A DNA stretch of 64,000 bases from Chloroflexota bacterium (GCA_036841525.1 DAITVZ010000011.1:534-64533); one strand, 5' to 3'; shown: positions 17,298 through 27,048, counted from the stretch's first letter. Notes: generated from the sequence alone by a model not told the origin. Numbers and translations are program-made.

Positions 17298-18356
17298 CTA
17301 AGCGTAATAGGTCGCATAGCGCTCCATGGCGTCCATGAGCGCGCGCACGTTCTCCAGGGGCACCCCCGGATACCAGCCGTGGATCATCATCAGCCCGCCC
17401 TCGCGGCTCCCCAGCATCTCGACCTCCTGCCGGATCAGGGCGTCGATCTGCCGCGGCGCGCCAAAGCGCACCACCTGCTGCCGGTCGATGTCCAGATCGA
17501 TGCAGACCCGCCCCTTGAGCGTGGCCTGGATCCACTCCAGCCCGTTCACCAGGTCTTGCAGGTTCATCACCTGCACCCCTGAATCCACCAGGTCGTCCAC
17601 CAGCGCGCGGATGTCGCCATCCGAGTGCATGTGGATGATGCAGCCGGCCTCCTGCGCCGGGGCCATCAGCCGCCTATAAACCGGCTTGATATGCCTGCGA
17701 AACTGGGCCGGGGAGAGCATCGGGCCGTGCTGCATGCCCAGGTCCTCCGCATAGCCCATCCACTCCACGCCCAGCGCCAGGTAGCGCCGCACGATCTCGG
17801 CGTTGAACGCCTCCAGCATCCCCAGCAGCGTGTGCAGGCGCGAGTCGTCGTCGGCCATGTCATAGATCACGTCGGAGTAGCCGCGGATGTCCGTCAGGGC
17901 GAGAAAGGTGTGCCCATGGCGAAGTGAGCCGCCGGCGAGCCGCCCCTCCGCCTTGGCCCTGGCCAGGTTCGCCGCGGCCTTGTCCCAGTCCACCGTCCCC
18001 CACCCGGCATAGATCGCCGGGTCCGGCGGGGTGTAGCCGTCCAACGCGGCCCAATCGGCCAGCGGATGGCCCACCGCCGCGCCGTGCAGCCCGTCGTCGG
18101 CCGTCTCCCAGACGCAGCCCCAGGGGTCGGTGTAGGGCGCGCCCGCGCGCTGCCAGGGCTCGAGCGCCGGCGTATAGGGCAGCTCGGGCGGCTCATAGCC
18201 GGGAAAGAGCAGCGGGTGGCTCGCCATCAACTCCACGATCGCCGCTTGCGGGTAATGATGCCAGCAGGCGGCGTTCATGTGAAAGGTCATCGGGATGTGG
18301 TCGGGGCGCTCGAAGCGTACCGCTCGCAAGACGTTCTCGCGCTGGGAGAATGCCAT
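17298..18356 (-). CDS. uroporphyrinogen decarboxylase (URO-D)-like family protein
   Basis: The start at MAFSQ follows GGGAGTGGAG and overlaps the upstream stop by 1 nt. A URO-D-like barrel is present (YAEDLGMQHGPMLSP...HMHSDGD). Confidence 0.65.
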   Translation of the reverse strand: MAFSQRENVLRAVRFERPDHIPMTFHMNAACWHHYPQAAIVELMASHPLLFPGYEPPELPYTPALEPWQRAGAPYTDPWGCVWETADDGLHGAAVGHPLADWAALDGYTPPDPAIYAGWGTVDWDKAAANLARAKAEGRLAGGSLRHGHTFLALTDIRGYSDVIYDMADDDSRLHTLLGMLEAFNAEIVRRYLALGVEWMGYAEDLGMQHGPMLSPAQFRRHIKPVYRRLMAPAQEAGCIIHMHSDGDIRALVDDLVDSGVQVMNLQDLVNGLEWIQATLKGRVCIDLDIDRQQVVRFGAPRQIDALIRQEVEMLGSREGGLMMIHGWYPGVPLENVRALMDAMERYATYYA

Positions 18357-18913
18357 CAGCTCCACTCCCGGCGGACCCTGCGGTCCGGCGGCACATTGGC
18401 CTTCACCAGCCCGACGAACGCCTGCCAATCGTCGTCGTCGGCAAACAGGCTGCGGGGAAACATGGTCCACAGATTCTTTTGGGCATAGAGGAGGACAACG
18501 GAATCCGAGATTCGGGCGCGCTCATAGAGCTGCCACTTGTAGTCGACGGCATAGTCCGCGCCGGCAATCGCCAGGCCATCCTCGGATGCGGTACCCGTCA
18601 GCTCATCACCAAATCCCAGTCGCTTCCAGACACGCTTGGCCGCGAGAAATGGCATGAGGTATGGATACAGCACGGCATAGAACAGCAGCACCGAGTAGCT
18701 CCCCAGGAAAAGGATTAGGTCGCGCCAGCCAGAGGCGCCACTTTCGGGCAGGCCGAAGGTATCGGCCACGATCGCAGAACTCGCCAGGAGGGCAGTTCCA
18801 CCCAGGGCCAACGCGACGCGGAAAGCTGTGATGAGCACGGAGGCCTTGCCTGACAACGACAGCGCACGCCGTACATCCTGAACAGTGATGGTGCCCCCAA
18901 ACTGGATGGTCAT
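18356..18913 (-). CDS. hypothetical membrane protein
   Basis: Hydrophobic central segments are present. It is translationally coupled to the downstream URO-D-like gene. Confidence 0.5.
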   Translation of the reverse strand: MTIQFGGTITVQDVRRALSLSGKASVLITAFRVALALGGTALLASSAIVADTFGLPESGASGWRDLILFLGSYSVLLFYAVLYPYLMPFLAAKRVWKRLGFGDELTGTASEDGLAIAGADYAVDYKWQLYERARISDSVVLLYAQKNLWTMFPRSLFADDDDWQAFVGLVKANVPPDRRVRREWS

Positions 18914-18953
18914 CCCCTCATGTCCCCTTCCCGCGCACCGGGCGCTCACCCGC

Positions 18954-19982
18954 TCAGGTTTTGCTCACCTGCACCAGCACCTTCATCACGTCGGCGCCGC
19001 CCTTGCGCGCCGTCTCAAAGGCTGCCGCCGCCTGCTCCAGCGGGTAACGGTGCGAGACCAGCGGCGCCGTCAGGATGCGCCCGGCGGCGATCAGCCGCAC
19101 CGCCTCGGTAAAGTCGTCGCGGGTGTACATCAGCGTGCCGATCAGCTCCAGCTCGTGGTCCTGCACCAGCGCCATGTCCACCAGCGTCTTTTTGCCAAAG
19201 ACGCCGCCCACGACGATGACCGAGCCCTTGCGCGCCACCTCGATGGCGCTGGCGATGGTGGACTCGATCCCCACGCACTCGTAGATGATATCGGCGCCAT
19301 CCGCGCCGTAGGCATCCAGGATGTACTCTTCCAGCTTGCGGTCAGCCACATTGGCCAGGTGATCGGCGCCCAGGTCCGCGGCCAGCTCCAGCCGCTGGGG
19401 CACCACGTCCGTCTGCATGATCTCTGCCGCGCCGTGAGCGCGAGCGACCTGCATGACCATCAGCCCGATGGTCCCCGCGCCCATCACCACGACCTTTTTG
19501 CCGCCGACGGGCCCGCCGCGCCGCACCAGGTGCACGGCCACCGCCGCAGGCTCCACCAGCGCCCCCGCCTCAAAGCTCATCTCGTCCGGCAGAGGAATCA
19601 CCTTATCCACGGGGATCGACAGGTACTCGGCCATGGATCCGGGCGCCTGGCAGCCCACCACCCGCAGGTTCATGCAGATGTTGTAGCGGCCGCGGCGGCA
19701 GTTGTAGCAGGTGCCGCAGACCAGCGAGGGCTCCATGGTCACCTTCTGTCCCATCTCCCAGTCCGTCACGCCCTCGCCCACCTCGGTGATGGTCCCGGAA
19801 AACTCGTGGCCGGGGACCACCGGGCACGAAATGAAGGGATGCTCGCCCAGATAGGCGTGCACGTCCGAGCCGCACACGCCGGACATGGACACTTTGACCA
19901 GCACCTGCCCCGGCCCCGCGCTCGGGCGCGCCACCTCGCTCACCACGATCTTGCCGGGCTGCACCATCTCTGCCTGCTTCAT
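18954..19982 (-). CDS. Zn-dependent alcohol/polyol dehydrogenase (MDR superfamily, sorbitol-DH-like)
   Basis: The motifs GVCGSDVH, GHEFSG and the structural-Zn Cys cluster CGTCYNCRRGRYNIC are present, together with GAGTIG. Confidence 0.85.
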   Translation of the reverse strand: MKQAEMVQPGKIVVSEVARPSAGPGQVLVKVSMSGVCGSDVHAYLGEHPFISCPVVPGHEFSGTITEVGEGVTDWEMGQKVTMEPSLVCGTCYNCRRGRYNICMNLRVVGCQAPGSMAEYLSIPVDKVIPLPDEMSFEAGALVEPAAVAVHLVRRGGPVGGKKVVVMGAGTIGLMVMQVARAHGAAEIMQTDVVPQRLELAADLGADHLANVADRKLEEYILDAYGADGADIIYECVGIESTIASAIEVARKGSVIVVGGVFGKKTLVDMALVQDHELELIGTLMYTRDDFTEAVRLIAAGRILTAPLVSHRYPLEQAAAAFETARKGGADVMKVLVQVSKT

Positions 19983-19985
19983 GGA

Positions 19986-22622
19986 TCATCTCCCTCGGGG
20001 ATTCTCGGCTTCCAGCCGCACATACAACTCGGCGCCCTCTTCCAGCCTGAGCGCCTTCTCGAACTGCACCGACACGCCTGCCGGGGTCGCCTGCACCTTG
20101 GCCTTGATGCGCTTGCCGTTCAGCTCCACCCTGGCCTTCCCCGCGTCTTCCATCGCGCCCAGCTTGAGCGTCTTGAGCTCCAGTTGCCCGGCGGCCACTG
20201 CCAGAGTGGCCTTGGCCCGCTTCTTGCTCACCGACTGGTGGTACATCCCCCAGCCCGTGCCGACCGACCAGAAGGTGCGAAAGTCTTCCTCGTTCAGCCG
20301 CGGCGCAAAGCCGATGGACCGGTGTGGCACATCGTAGGAAAAGCCTGCCAGCGCCGTCAGCACCGACCAGGCAGCCATGGAACGGGCGTAGTGGCTGCCG
20401 CATTCGAACTCGTTCCAGGGGTTGCGCTTGACCCCGTCGTGGCGCTCCCGCACGCCCCGCACGATGCACAACCCTTCGTCCACCAGCCCCTCGTAGATCA
20501 TGTGGCTGGCCACCTGATACTCGATACCGCACCAGACCTCGTCCGAATAGGGGAAGGGGAAGGCCGGTCGATCGCCGTTGGGCCAGGTGCACAAGAGCAG
20601 CCCCTTGTCGTCGTTCAGGGCATAGATCCGCTGGCAGCAGGCGTGGTTGCGAAAATCGGTGCGCCAGTTGTGCTTGTAGATCGCCTCCAGCGCCTTGCGC
20701 ACGTGCCGCGGGTTCAGCAGGTCGCCGAGGCCGGCCACGCGCGCGAACCACTGACCGATCACCTGATCCGCCAGGCAGCCTTGGCCGTACTGATAGCGCG
20801 GCGCTTGCCCCGGGTCATAGCGCTGCACATAGTACTCGCCGTTGAACAGCTCCTTCTCCATCTTTTTCCGGCCGGAGGCATAGACGACATGGTACTCTTC
20901 GGCCACGTCCTCCTCGCCGAGGTAGCGAGCCATCTCTTCCGCGGCGCGCAAGGCGCCCAGGTACCAGGTGCCCATCATGGTGTTGGGGCCGTGGAACTCG
21001 ATGTCGTACGTGTTGTGTTGAATGCCCTCCATGACCCCATCACGGTCTCTATCCCATTCCGTCCAGGCGTATTCCAGGGCATTGCGTACCCGCGGCCAGA
21101 GCCCGCGCAGCCAGCCGTCGTCGCCGCTCAGCTTCCAGTCTCGATAGGTCTTGAGGATGCCTCCCATCTGCCCGTCCGCCGCGGCGTGGAAAGCCTTCGG
21201 TTCCGTCCCCAGCGGCAGTTGCAGCCGAAAGCCCATCCAGCCATCCTCCCGCTGGTTGTACCGATAGTCGGCCTCCCGCATGGAGCGCTCCAGCGAGGGA
21301 AACAAGAAGGGCAGCGCCTGCGCATAGTTCCAGACGTGGGTGCAAGACCCCTCGCAGCAGCCGCGTTCCGCGCAGGTGCCCTCGAACCCATAAAAGGTCC
21401 CATCCTCCAGGCGAAGGCACGTGGGGCTCTTGAGGATAGACATCTGGCTGGAAACGGCGTCCAGCACATACCAGGGCAGCGTGCTGTCAAAGAGCGCGTC
21501 GCGAAAGGCTTTCGTCCCGCTGTAGAGCTCGTTCTCCCGCGCGGCCACATCCTTGGCCACGTCCCAGGCATCGCTCCAGAGGCTGGCGTAATAGTTCTTC
21601 CAGGTAGGCGCGGCGTCCGCGGCGTCCGGCGTTCCCGGGCCGGCCGAGCTCTGGCCCCAATACTTGTGGTACGTGGGGAAATGCCAGGTGACATACACGG
21701 GCAGCACGGCCCACTCTCCTGGCCCCAACGTCGCCCGCAGGGCCAGCGCGCCGGTGTCACGGGCGCCAGGGCCGGACGGCTCGTCGTACGCGCGCGGAGA
21801 GAGGGAGCCCGTGGCGGAAAACTCGTCCCAATACCGTTGCAGCGCATCGAACCAGCCCGTGCGCTCCCAGCAGGCCTGCACCGCCACGTCGGGCCAGGAA
21901 GTCGCCAGGGCCATGGACCCGTAGCGCCAGTCCTCGGGCCCGACCCCAGCGGTGGTCATCAGGATGCCGCGCGCGTCCCCTTCCTCCATGGTGCGGTTCA
22001 CCGTCTGGCCCACCCCGTCGCGCAGGAAAGGCCCTATGCCTTCATAGCCCGCCGCATTCATGAGGCTGGCTGCTAGAGCGATCTTGACCGGACGTTTGCC
22101 GGGGTTATAGACGAGAAAGCGGAACACGGCCGCCGGGATGCTGGAATCGTCGGCCTGGAGCGGGATAAACGGGTTGAAGGCCTCGAAGGAGACCTCCACC
22201 GGCATCTCCTTGTCCTCGAAGGCCATGTAGGCGATGGGGTACTCGCCGCGCAGCACGGACTCGGACATGTGCGGCAGCCCGATCCCCCGACCGCCCAGCA
22301 GTCCGTCGCCGAAGCGCCCGTGGTGTGGGTTGGTCGTGCCCGTGAACGAGGGCAGGGCTGGCCCCTGCAAGACCTTGGTCACCGCCTGCCCATCCTTCTC
22401 CTCCGCCCTCAGCATGAAAAAGCTGTTCGGCAAGTAGGAGCCCTTGTTGGGCCGGTTAAAGATCTCCCAATCCACCAGCTCGCCCGTGCCGGATAGCGAC
22501 ACGCAGCCGGTGCCGATGCCGCCGATGGGAAACGCCACCTCACGAGCCGAGTCGCCGCTATAGCGCCGCTGGCTCCCCAGCTCGCGCAACGATTTCTTGG
22601 AATAGCCCACCAACCTGGCCAT
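19986..22622 (-). CDS. glycoside hydrolase family 116 (GBA2-type beta-glucosidase/glucosylceramidase-like)
   Basis: At 878 aa the size is right. The product contains the conserved CCEGSCTHVWNYAQ segment and has the N-terminal beta-sandwich plus (alpha/alpha)6 organisation. Confidence 0.8.
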   Translation of the reverse strand: MARLVGYSKKSLRELGSQRRYSGDSAREVAFPIGGIGTGCVSLSGTGELVDWEIFNRPNKGSYLPNSFFMLRAEEKDGQAVTKVLQGPALPSFTGTTNPHHGRFGDGLLGGRGIGLPHMSESVLRGEYPIAYMAFEDKEMPVEVSFEAFNPFIPLQADDSSIPAAVFRFLVYNPGKRPVKIALAASLMNAAGYEGIGPFLRDGVGQTVNRTMEEGDARGILMTTAGVGPEDWRYGSMALATSWPDVAVQACWERTGWFDALQRYWDEFSATGSLSPRAYDEPSGPGARDTGALALRATLGPGEWAVLPVYVTWHFPTYHKYWGQSSAGPGTPDAADAAPTWKNYYASLWSDAWDVAKDVAARENELYSGTKAFRDALFDSTLPWYVLDAVSSQMSILKSPTCLRLEDGTFYGFEGTCAERGCCEGSCTHVWNYAQALPFLFPSLERSMREADYRYNQREDGWMGFRLQLPLGTEPKAFHAAADGQMGGILKTYRDWKLSGDDGWLRGLWPRVRNALEYAWTEWDRDRDGVMEGIQHNTYDIEFHGPNTMMGTWYLGALRAAEEMARYLGEEDVAEEYHVVYASGRKKMEKELFNGEYYVQRYDPGQAPRYQYGQGCLADQVIGQWFARVAGLGDLLNPRHVRKALEAIYKHNWRTDFRNHACCQRIYALNDDKGLLLCTWPNGDRPAFPFPYSDEVWCGIEYQVASHMIYEGLVDEGLCIVRGVRERHDGVKRNPWNEFECGSHYARSMAAWSVLTALAGFSYDVPHRSIGFAPRLNEEDFRTFWSVGTGWGMYHQSVSKKRAKATLAVAAGQLELKTLKLGAMEDAGKARVELNGKRIKAKVQATPAGVSVQFEKALRLEEGAELYVRLEAENPRGR

Positions 22623-22692
22623 CGCACCGTCTCCTTCCGCACATGGCGTCCGCGCGCCCGGCGCAACCCGGACAGCCCATCGCTATCGCTAC

Positions 22693-22721
22693 GTCCCGGG
22701 AGCATTCTACATGGAAAGCCC
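22693..22721 (-). promoter_or_regulatory. promoter TTGGCA-17-TAGAAT driving the GH116 operon
   Basis: Read on the minus strand. The -10 corresponds to 22693-22698 and the -35 to 22716-22721. Confidence 0.55.
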
Positions 22722-22735
22722 CCAGATGCCAAGCT

Positions 22736-22763
22736 CGGACCCAGGATTGACAAGCCGGGGAAA
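22736..22763 (+). promoter_or_regulatory. promoter TTGACA-16-TAGAAT for the aminotransferase gene
   Basis: -35 at 22736-22741 and -10 at 22758-22763. Confidence 0.6.
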
Positions 22764-22841
22764 AGAGGTAGAATCTGGAAGATTGGATTGCAGCCCCGGC
22801 CTTGGCGCCGCGGGCTCGAAAGGGAGGATGGACGACCTAGC

Positions 22842-24236
22842 ATGGCGAATCGCGACCACACCCGGCTCATCCACGAGCTGACGGACGAATACACCCGGCG
22901 CTTTCCGCGCTCGGCCACGCTGCACAATGAGGCCGAGTTGCGCATGATCGATGGCGGGAACCACCTGGTCCGCCTGATGGAACCCTTCCCCTTCCGCCTG
23001 GGCCAGTCCCACGGCGCCTATGTCTGCGATGTCGATGATCACAAGATCCTCGACTACTGGCAAGGGCACATGGCCAATATCCTGGGCCATAACCCGCCGC
23101 AGATCACCCAACCTCTGGCCGAGGCTCTGCAAGACGGCTGGGGCCTGCAGTCCGGCTTTGCCGACGAGCTGCAGATCGAGGTAGCTCGCCTGATCGCCGA
23201 GCGCACCGGCGCCGAGCGCGTCCGCTTCACCACCAGCGGCACCCTCTGCACCATGTACGCCATCATGCTCTGCCGGTCCTTCACTGGCCGCTCCGAGGTT
23301 CTCAAGATCGGCGGCGGCTGGCATGGCGCCCAGCCCTGGGCGCTCAAAGGCATCTCGGTCAAGCAGGGCTCCTATGACCACATCGAATCCGAAGGGCTGC
23401 CCGCGCACATTGACAGCGAGACGCTGGTCACGCGCTACAACGATGTTCAGGCACTGGAGGACGTCTTTGCCAAGCACGGCGACCGCATCGCCTGCTTTAT
23501 CATGGAGCCGTGGATGGGCTCGGGCGGCTCCATGCCCGCGACGCCGGAGTACATGCGCGCCGCGCGCGACCTCACGCGCAAATACGGGGCCATGCTCATC
23601 CTGGACGAGGTCATCGCCGGCTTTCGCTTCCGCGCCGGAAACCTCGGCGCCATGTACGGCGTGCAGCCCGACCTGACCACCATGGCCAAGATCATCGGCG
23701 GCGGGATGCCCGTGGCCGCCGTGGCCGGCCGCGCCGACATCCTGGCGCTCTGCGGACGCAAGAATGGCGAGGGTCGCCGGGTCCGCTTCGACGGCGGGAC
23801 CTATTCCGCGCACCCGCTCTCCCTGCTGGCCAGCAAGCTGATGATCGAGTATCTCGTTGCCCACGAGGACGAGGTCTATCCCCGGATCGCGGCCATGGGC
23901 GAGCGGTTGCGCAAGGGGATCGAGAAGGTCTTTGCCGATCGCGGCATCCTGGCTTGCTGCACCGGCCACCCCAACTCGGCCGTGCCGGGCAGCTCGCTCG
24001 CGTCGGTGCACTTTCCAGCCACCAACGACCTAAAGCTCTCCTGCCCGGACCAGGTCGGCAACCCCGCCCTGTCCGATATCACCCTCCGCGAGACGGTGAT
24101 GAAGCTGGGGCTGCTGGTCCAGGATGTCAACGTCTCTCACGGCATCGGCGCGGTCTCGATGGCCCACAGCGACGCCGATATCGCCCGGACGCTGGAAGCC
24201 GTCGACCACGTCGCCAAGCGCATCGCTTCCGAGTGA
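22842..24236 (+). CDS. class-III PLP-dependent aminotransferase (glutamate-1-semialdehyde aminomutase-like)
   Basis: The family fold is recognisable. The PLP-lysine region MAKIIGGGMP and the motif ILDEVIAGFR are present. Confidence 0.8.
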   Translation: MANRDHTRLIHELTDEYTRRFPRSATLHNEAELRMIDGGNHLVRLMEPFPFRLGQSHGAYVCDVDDHKILDYWQGHMANILGHNPPQITQPLAEALQDGWGLQSGFADELQIEVARLIAERTGAERVRFTTSGTLCTMYAIMLCRSFTGRSEVLKIGGGWHGAQPWALKGISVKQGSYDHIESEGLPAHIDSETLVTRYNDVQALEDVFAKHGDRIACFIMEPWMGSGGSMPATPEYMRAARDLTRKYGAMLILDEVIAGFRFRAGNLGAMYGVQPDLTTMAKIIGGGMPVAAVAGRADILALCGRKNGEGRRVRFDGGTYSAHPLSLLASKLMIEYLVAHEDEVYPRIAAMGERLRKGIEKVFADRGILACCTGHPNSAVPGSSLASVHFPATNDLKLSCPDQVGNPALSDITLRETVMKLGLLVQDVNVSHGIGAVSMAHSDADIARTLEAVDHVAKRIASE

Positions 24237-24246
24237 TCGTTCTCTG

Positions 24247-24275
24247 GGGCCCCAAGCGCGCGTCGCTTGGGGCCC
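24247..24275 (+). terminator. GC-rich terminator hairpin
   Basis: GGGCCCCAAGCG cgcgt CGCTTGGGGCCC. No clear U-tract follows. Confidence 0.45.
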
Positions 24276-24344
24276 TCCCGATGATCTGTGCATCAGCCTA
24301 ACCTAGATCGCCGCACGAACCATCCCTGAGGAGCCGAATCGTCC

Positions 24345-26249
24345 TTGCCTAGCGACCGCGTCAGCCCAGCGAACAGAGCCGATCAACGTCCCTTGCTGTC
24401 CCACGAAGCCCTGGGGCGGCGCCCTGGCCGTTGCGCCAAGGCGAGCCAGGCCAGGCTGTTGCGCATCGCAGTCCTGTTTCTGCTAGCGCTCTGGGTCGCG
24501 TCTCTGGCCGCATGCACATCGGCCACGCCAACGCCGCTCATCAGCCCTGCCAGCCCGTCTGCCACACCCGACCCACTGCCGGCGACCGCGACGCTCACCG
24601 CCATTCCGGCGGCCTCCGCCACCGCCACGGCGGCCCCGCCCACCGACACGCCCATCCCGCCGCCCACGGCCACGCTACCGCCGCGGCGGGTGCGCCTGCA
24701 CATCCCAGAGGAACTGAAGGGACGGTCCTTGGAACTGCAAAAGCTGTTCCGCGATCATCCCGAGTTTTCGTTTCTGGTCGAGTTGGTCGGGGACTCGGCG
24801 CAGGTGGCCCGGGACTGCCAGGAGGGCCGGGCAGACCTTGGACTCGTGCTCGGCCCAGCAGTCGGGCAGGGGTTGGTCGGCTATCCCTATCACGAGGTTC
24901 CCGTCGCCGCGGTGGTCTCCTTCACCAAGCAACTGGAGCAGGTCTCGCTGGAGCAGTTGCGCGCCGTCTATGCGTCCGATGCCGGCGCGCGCGCCGCGCT
25001 GGGTATCACCGAGACGCTCGCCTGGCAGGCAGCCGCTCCGGCGCTTGTGCAGCCCGGCGCCGAGGCTGCTAGCGAGGCCATCGCCTCCCCCGATGTGTTG
25101 CTGGCGCGGGTCCGGGCCGATCGCCGTCTTGTGGCTCTCTTGCCCTATGCCCAGGTCAAACCGGAAGCGCGCGCGCTGCGCATCGACGGCCTCCACCCCG
25201 GGGATGCTGGTTATCCACTGGTGGCGCAGGAACAGGTCATCGCTGGCGCCGATCCGCGTATGCAGCAACTGGCCCAGGCGCTCTCTGCAGCGTTGCGCCC
25301 AGCCCTGCCGGCCGCGCCAGCCGAGATCGACCTGGCCATGGTCGGCGACATGATGCTGGCGCGGGATATGGGCGACATGCTGCGCCAGCACGGGCCCGAC
25401 TATGCCTACGGCGCCGTGCGGCGCCTCCTCTCCGAGGCGGACATCACCCTGGGCAACCTGGAATGCGTGATCTCGGAGCGTGGCGAGCCAGAGCCCAAGG
25501 CGTACGTCTTTCGCGCGCCACTCACGGCCACCCTCAGCCTGCGGGACGCCGGATTTGACGTGCTGAACCTGGCCAACAACCACATCCTGGACTATGGCGT
25601 TGAGGCCATGGGCGATACCTTTGACCAGTTGCGCGGCGCCGGCATCGCCCATATCGGCGCCGGCATGACCGAGGCCGAGGCGCACGCGCCGGTGCATCTG
25701 GAGGTGAACGGGCTGAGGCTGGCCTTCCTGGGCTACGCCAACTATCCCACCGAGACCTCCACCGGCTTTCCCGCCGGGGCCTTTGTCGCCGTGGGCGATC
25801 GGCCCGGCATCGCCTGGGGCGAGACGGAGCGCATCCGCCGCGAGGTAGCCGCCGCCAAGAGCGAGGCCGACCTGGTCATCGTGGCCCTGCACGGCGGGCG
25901 CGAGTATTGGGAGGTCCCCACCGAGTTCCAGCAAGAGGCGGCGCGCGCTGCTATCGACGCGGGCGCGGCCCTGGTGTGGGGGCACCACGCCCATTCGTGG
26001 CAGGGCGTCGAGTTCTATGGCGACGGCGTGATCCTGTACAGCCTGGGCGATTTCGTCTTTGACCAGATGACGACCAACAACACCGGGGTGGCGCGCCTCC
26101 GTCTGGACGCGCGCGGTGTGCGCCAACTGGAGCTGGTCCCGGTCCTGATCGGCGAGAACGGCCGCCCGGCTCCCGCTGAAGGGGCGACCGGCCGCGCCAT
26201 CCTGGACTGGTTTTACAGCCTCAGCGACTTGTTGCAGCAGGGAGGGTAA
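24345..26249 (+). CDS. CapA/PGA_cap family metallophosphatase lipoprotein with Pro/Thr/Ala-rich linker and periplasmic-binding-like domain
   Basis: A CapA C-terminal domain is present (VVALHGGREY...GHHAH). The real start is probably the TTG at 24459, which gives the lipoprotein signal MRIAVLFLLALWVASLAAC. The codon at 24345 is itself a TTG. Confidence 0.65.
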   Translation: MPSDRVSPANRADQRPLLSHEALGRRPGRCAKASQARLLRIAVLFLLALWVASLAACTSATPTPLISPASPSATPDPLPATATLTAIPAASATATAAPPTDTPIPPPTATLPPRRVRLHIPEELKGRSLELQKLFRDHPEFSFLVELVGDSAQVARDCQEGRADLGLVLGPAVGQGLVGYPYHEVPVAAVVSFTKQLEQVSLEQLRAVYASDAGARAALGITETLAWQAAAPALVQPGAEAASEAIASPDVLLARVRADRRLVALLPYAQVKPEARALRIDGLHPGDAGYPLVAQEQVIAGADPRMQQLAQALSAALRPALPAAPAEIDLAMVGDMMLARDMGDMLRQHGPDYAYGAVRRLLSEADITLGNLECVISERGEPEPKAYVFRAPLTATLSLRDAGFDVLNLANNHILDYGVEAMGDTFDQLRGAGIAHIGAGMTEAEAHAPVHLEVNGLRLAFLGYANYPTETSTGFPAGAFVAVGDRPGIAWGETERIRREVAAAKSEADLVIVALHGGREYWEVPTEFQQEAARAAIDAGAALVWGHHAHSWQGVEFYGDGVILYSLGDFVFDQMTTNNTGVARLRLDARGVRQLELVPVLIGENGRPAPAEGATGRAILDWFYSLSDLLQQGG

Positions 26250-26252
26250 CCA

Positions 26253-26957
26253 ATGTCAGAGCTAGACTGGGAAGGGGCTTGGGAATGGGAAGCCGATCTC
26301 CTGACCAATTTGAACCGATTCCTGGGCATCGACCTCAAGTACATCCTGGGCATCCCCAACAACATCATGGTGGGCGACCGCATGCTCTACCTGCTCAAGG
26401 GCGGGCAGAAGGAAGCCGCGCGGGTGCAGGAGCAGGTCGTCTTGCACGGCGCAGTCGACCCAGAGCTGAAAATGCGGCCCACGCACCCGCACGTGGTCAA
26501 GCTGGATAGCATCCCGCTGGATGGCGTGCCCCAGGATATCCAACTGCGCATCACCGACGTGATGGAGGACCTCTGCTTTCATCGCGGCCAGCGCGAATAC
26601 CTGGAGGCCAAGTACCTGCGCCCCACGAAGGATTGGCGGGTGAGCTGGGCCCTGGGAGCCTATTTCCTGGCCGGGCGGCGGATCGCCGTGCTGGGCGACT
26701 TTCGCCACGATCGCGTGTCGCTGGTCTTCACCGAGCCGTTTTACCTGGCAGTAGACGAGCTGGAGCGGCAGAAGCGGCAGGCGCAGCGCTTCCTGGAGCG
26801 GCTGCAAGGGGCGCTCACCCTCAGGAACCGCTACACCCGCCGCGAGGACTATCAGTGGGCCAAGATCGTCAACATGGCCAGCGGCCCGCAGTATCTCTCC
26901 GTGATGGACCAGAAGGGAAACATCACCACGGAAGAGGTTCCCTACCCCGATTACTAG
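26253..26957 (+). CDS. hypothetical protein (234 aa) between capA and the PBP1A gene
   Basis: ATG lies 3 nt after the capA stop. No recognisable domain. The N-terminus 'DWEGAWEWEADLL' is acidic and Trp-rich. Confidence 0.5.
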   Translation: MSELDWEGAWEWEADLLTNLNRFLGIDLKYILGIPNNIMVGDRMLYLLKGGQKEAARVQEQVVLHGAVDPELKMRPTHPHVVKLDSIPLDGVPQDIQLRITDVMEDLCFHRGQREYLEAKYLRPTKDWRVSWALGAYFLAGRRIAVLGDFRHDRVSLVFTEPFYLAVDELERQKRQAQRFLERLQGALTLRNRYTRREDYQWAKIVNMASGPQYLSVMDQKGNITTEEVPYPDY

Positions 26958-27048
26958 GGGGAACTCGAGAGGCTCGCCAGACGTCAGAAACAGGGGACCC
27001 ACCACGGGATCAGCAGCAGAGCGCGCGCCGCAAGCGCCGCCGCCTTCC

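Noticed and set aside
14614-17582. Long ORFs 14614..15927- and 15603..17582+
   Set aside because: They are antisense to the M24 peptidase and enolase-family genes. Their composition is Gly/Arg/Ala/Pro-biased.
18885-22076. 1063-aa plus-strand ORF
   Set aside because: It is antisense to the Zn-ADH and GH116 genes, which have clear family motifs. It is a shadow ORF.
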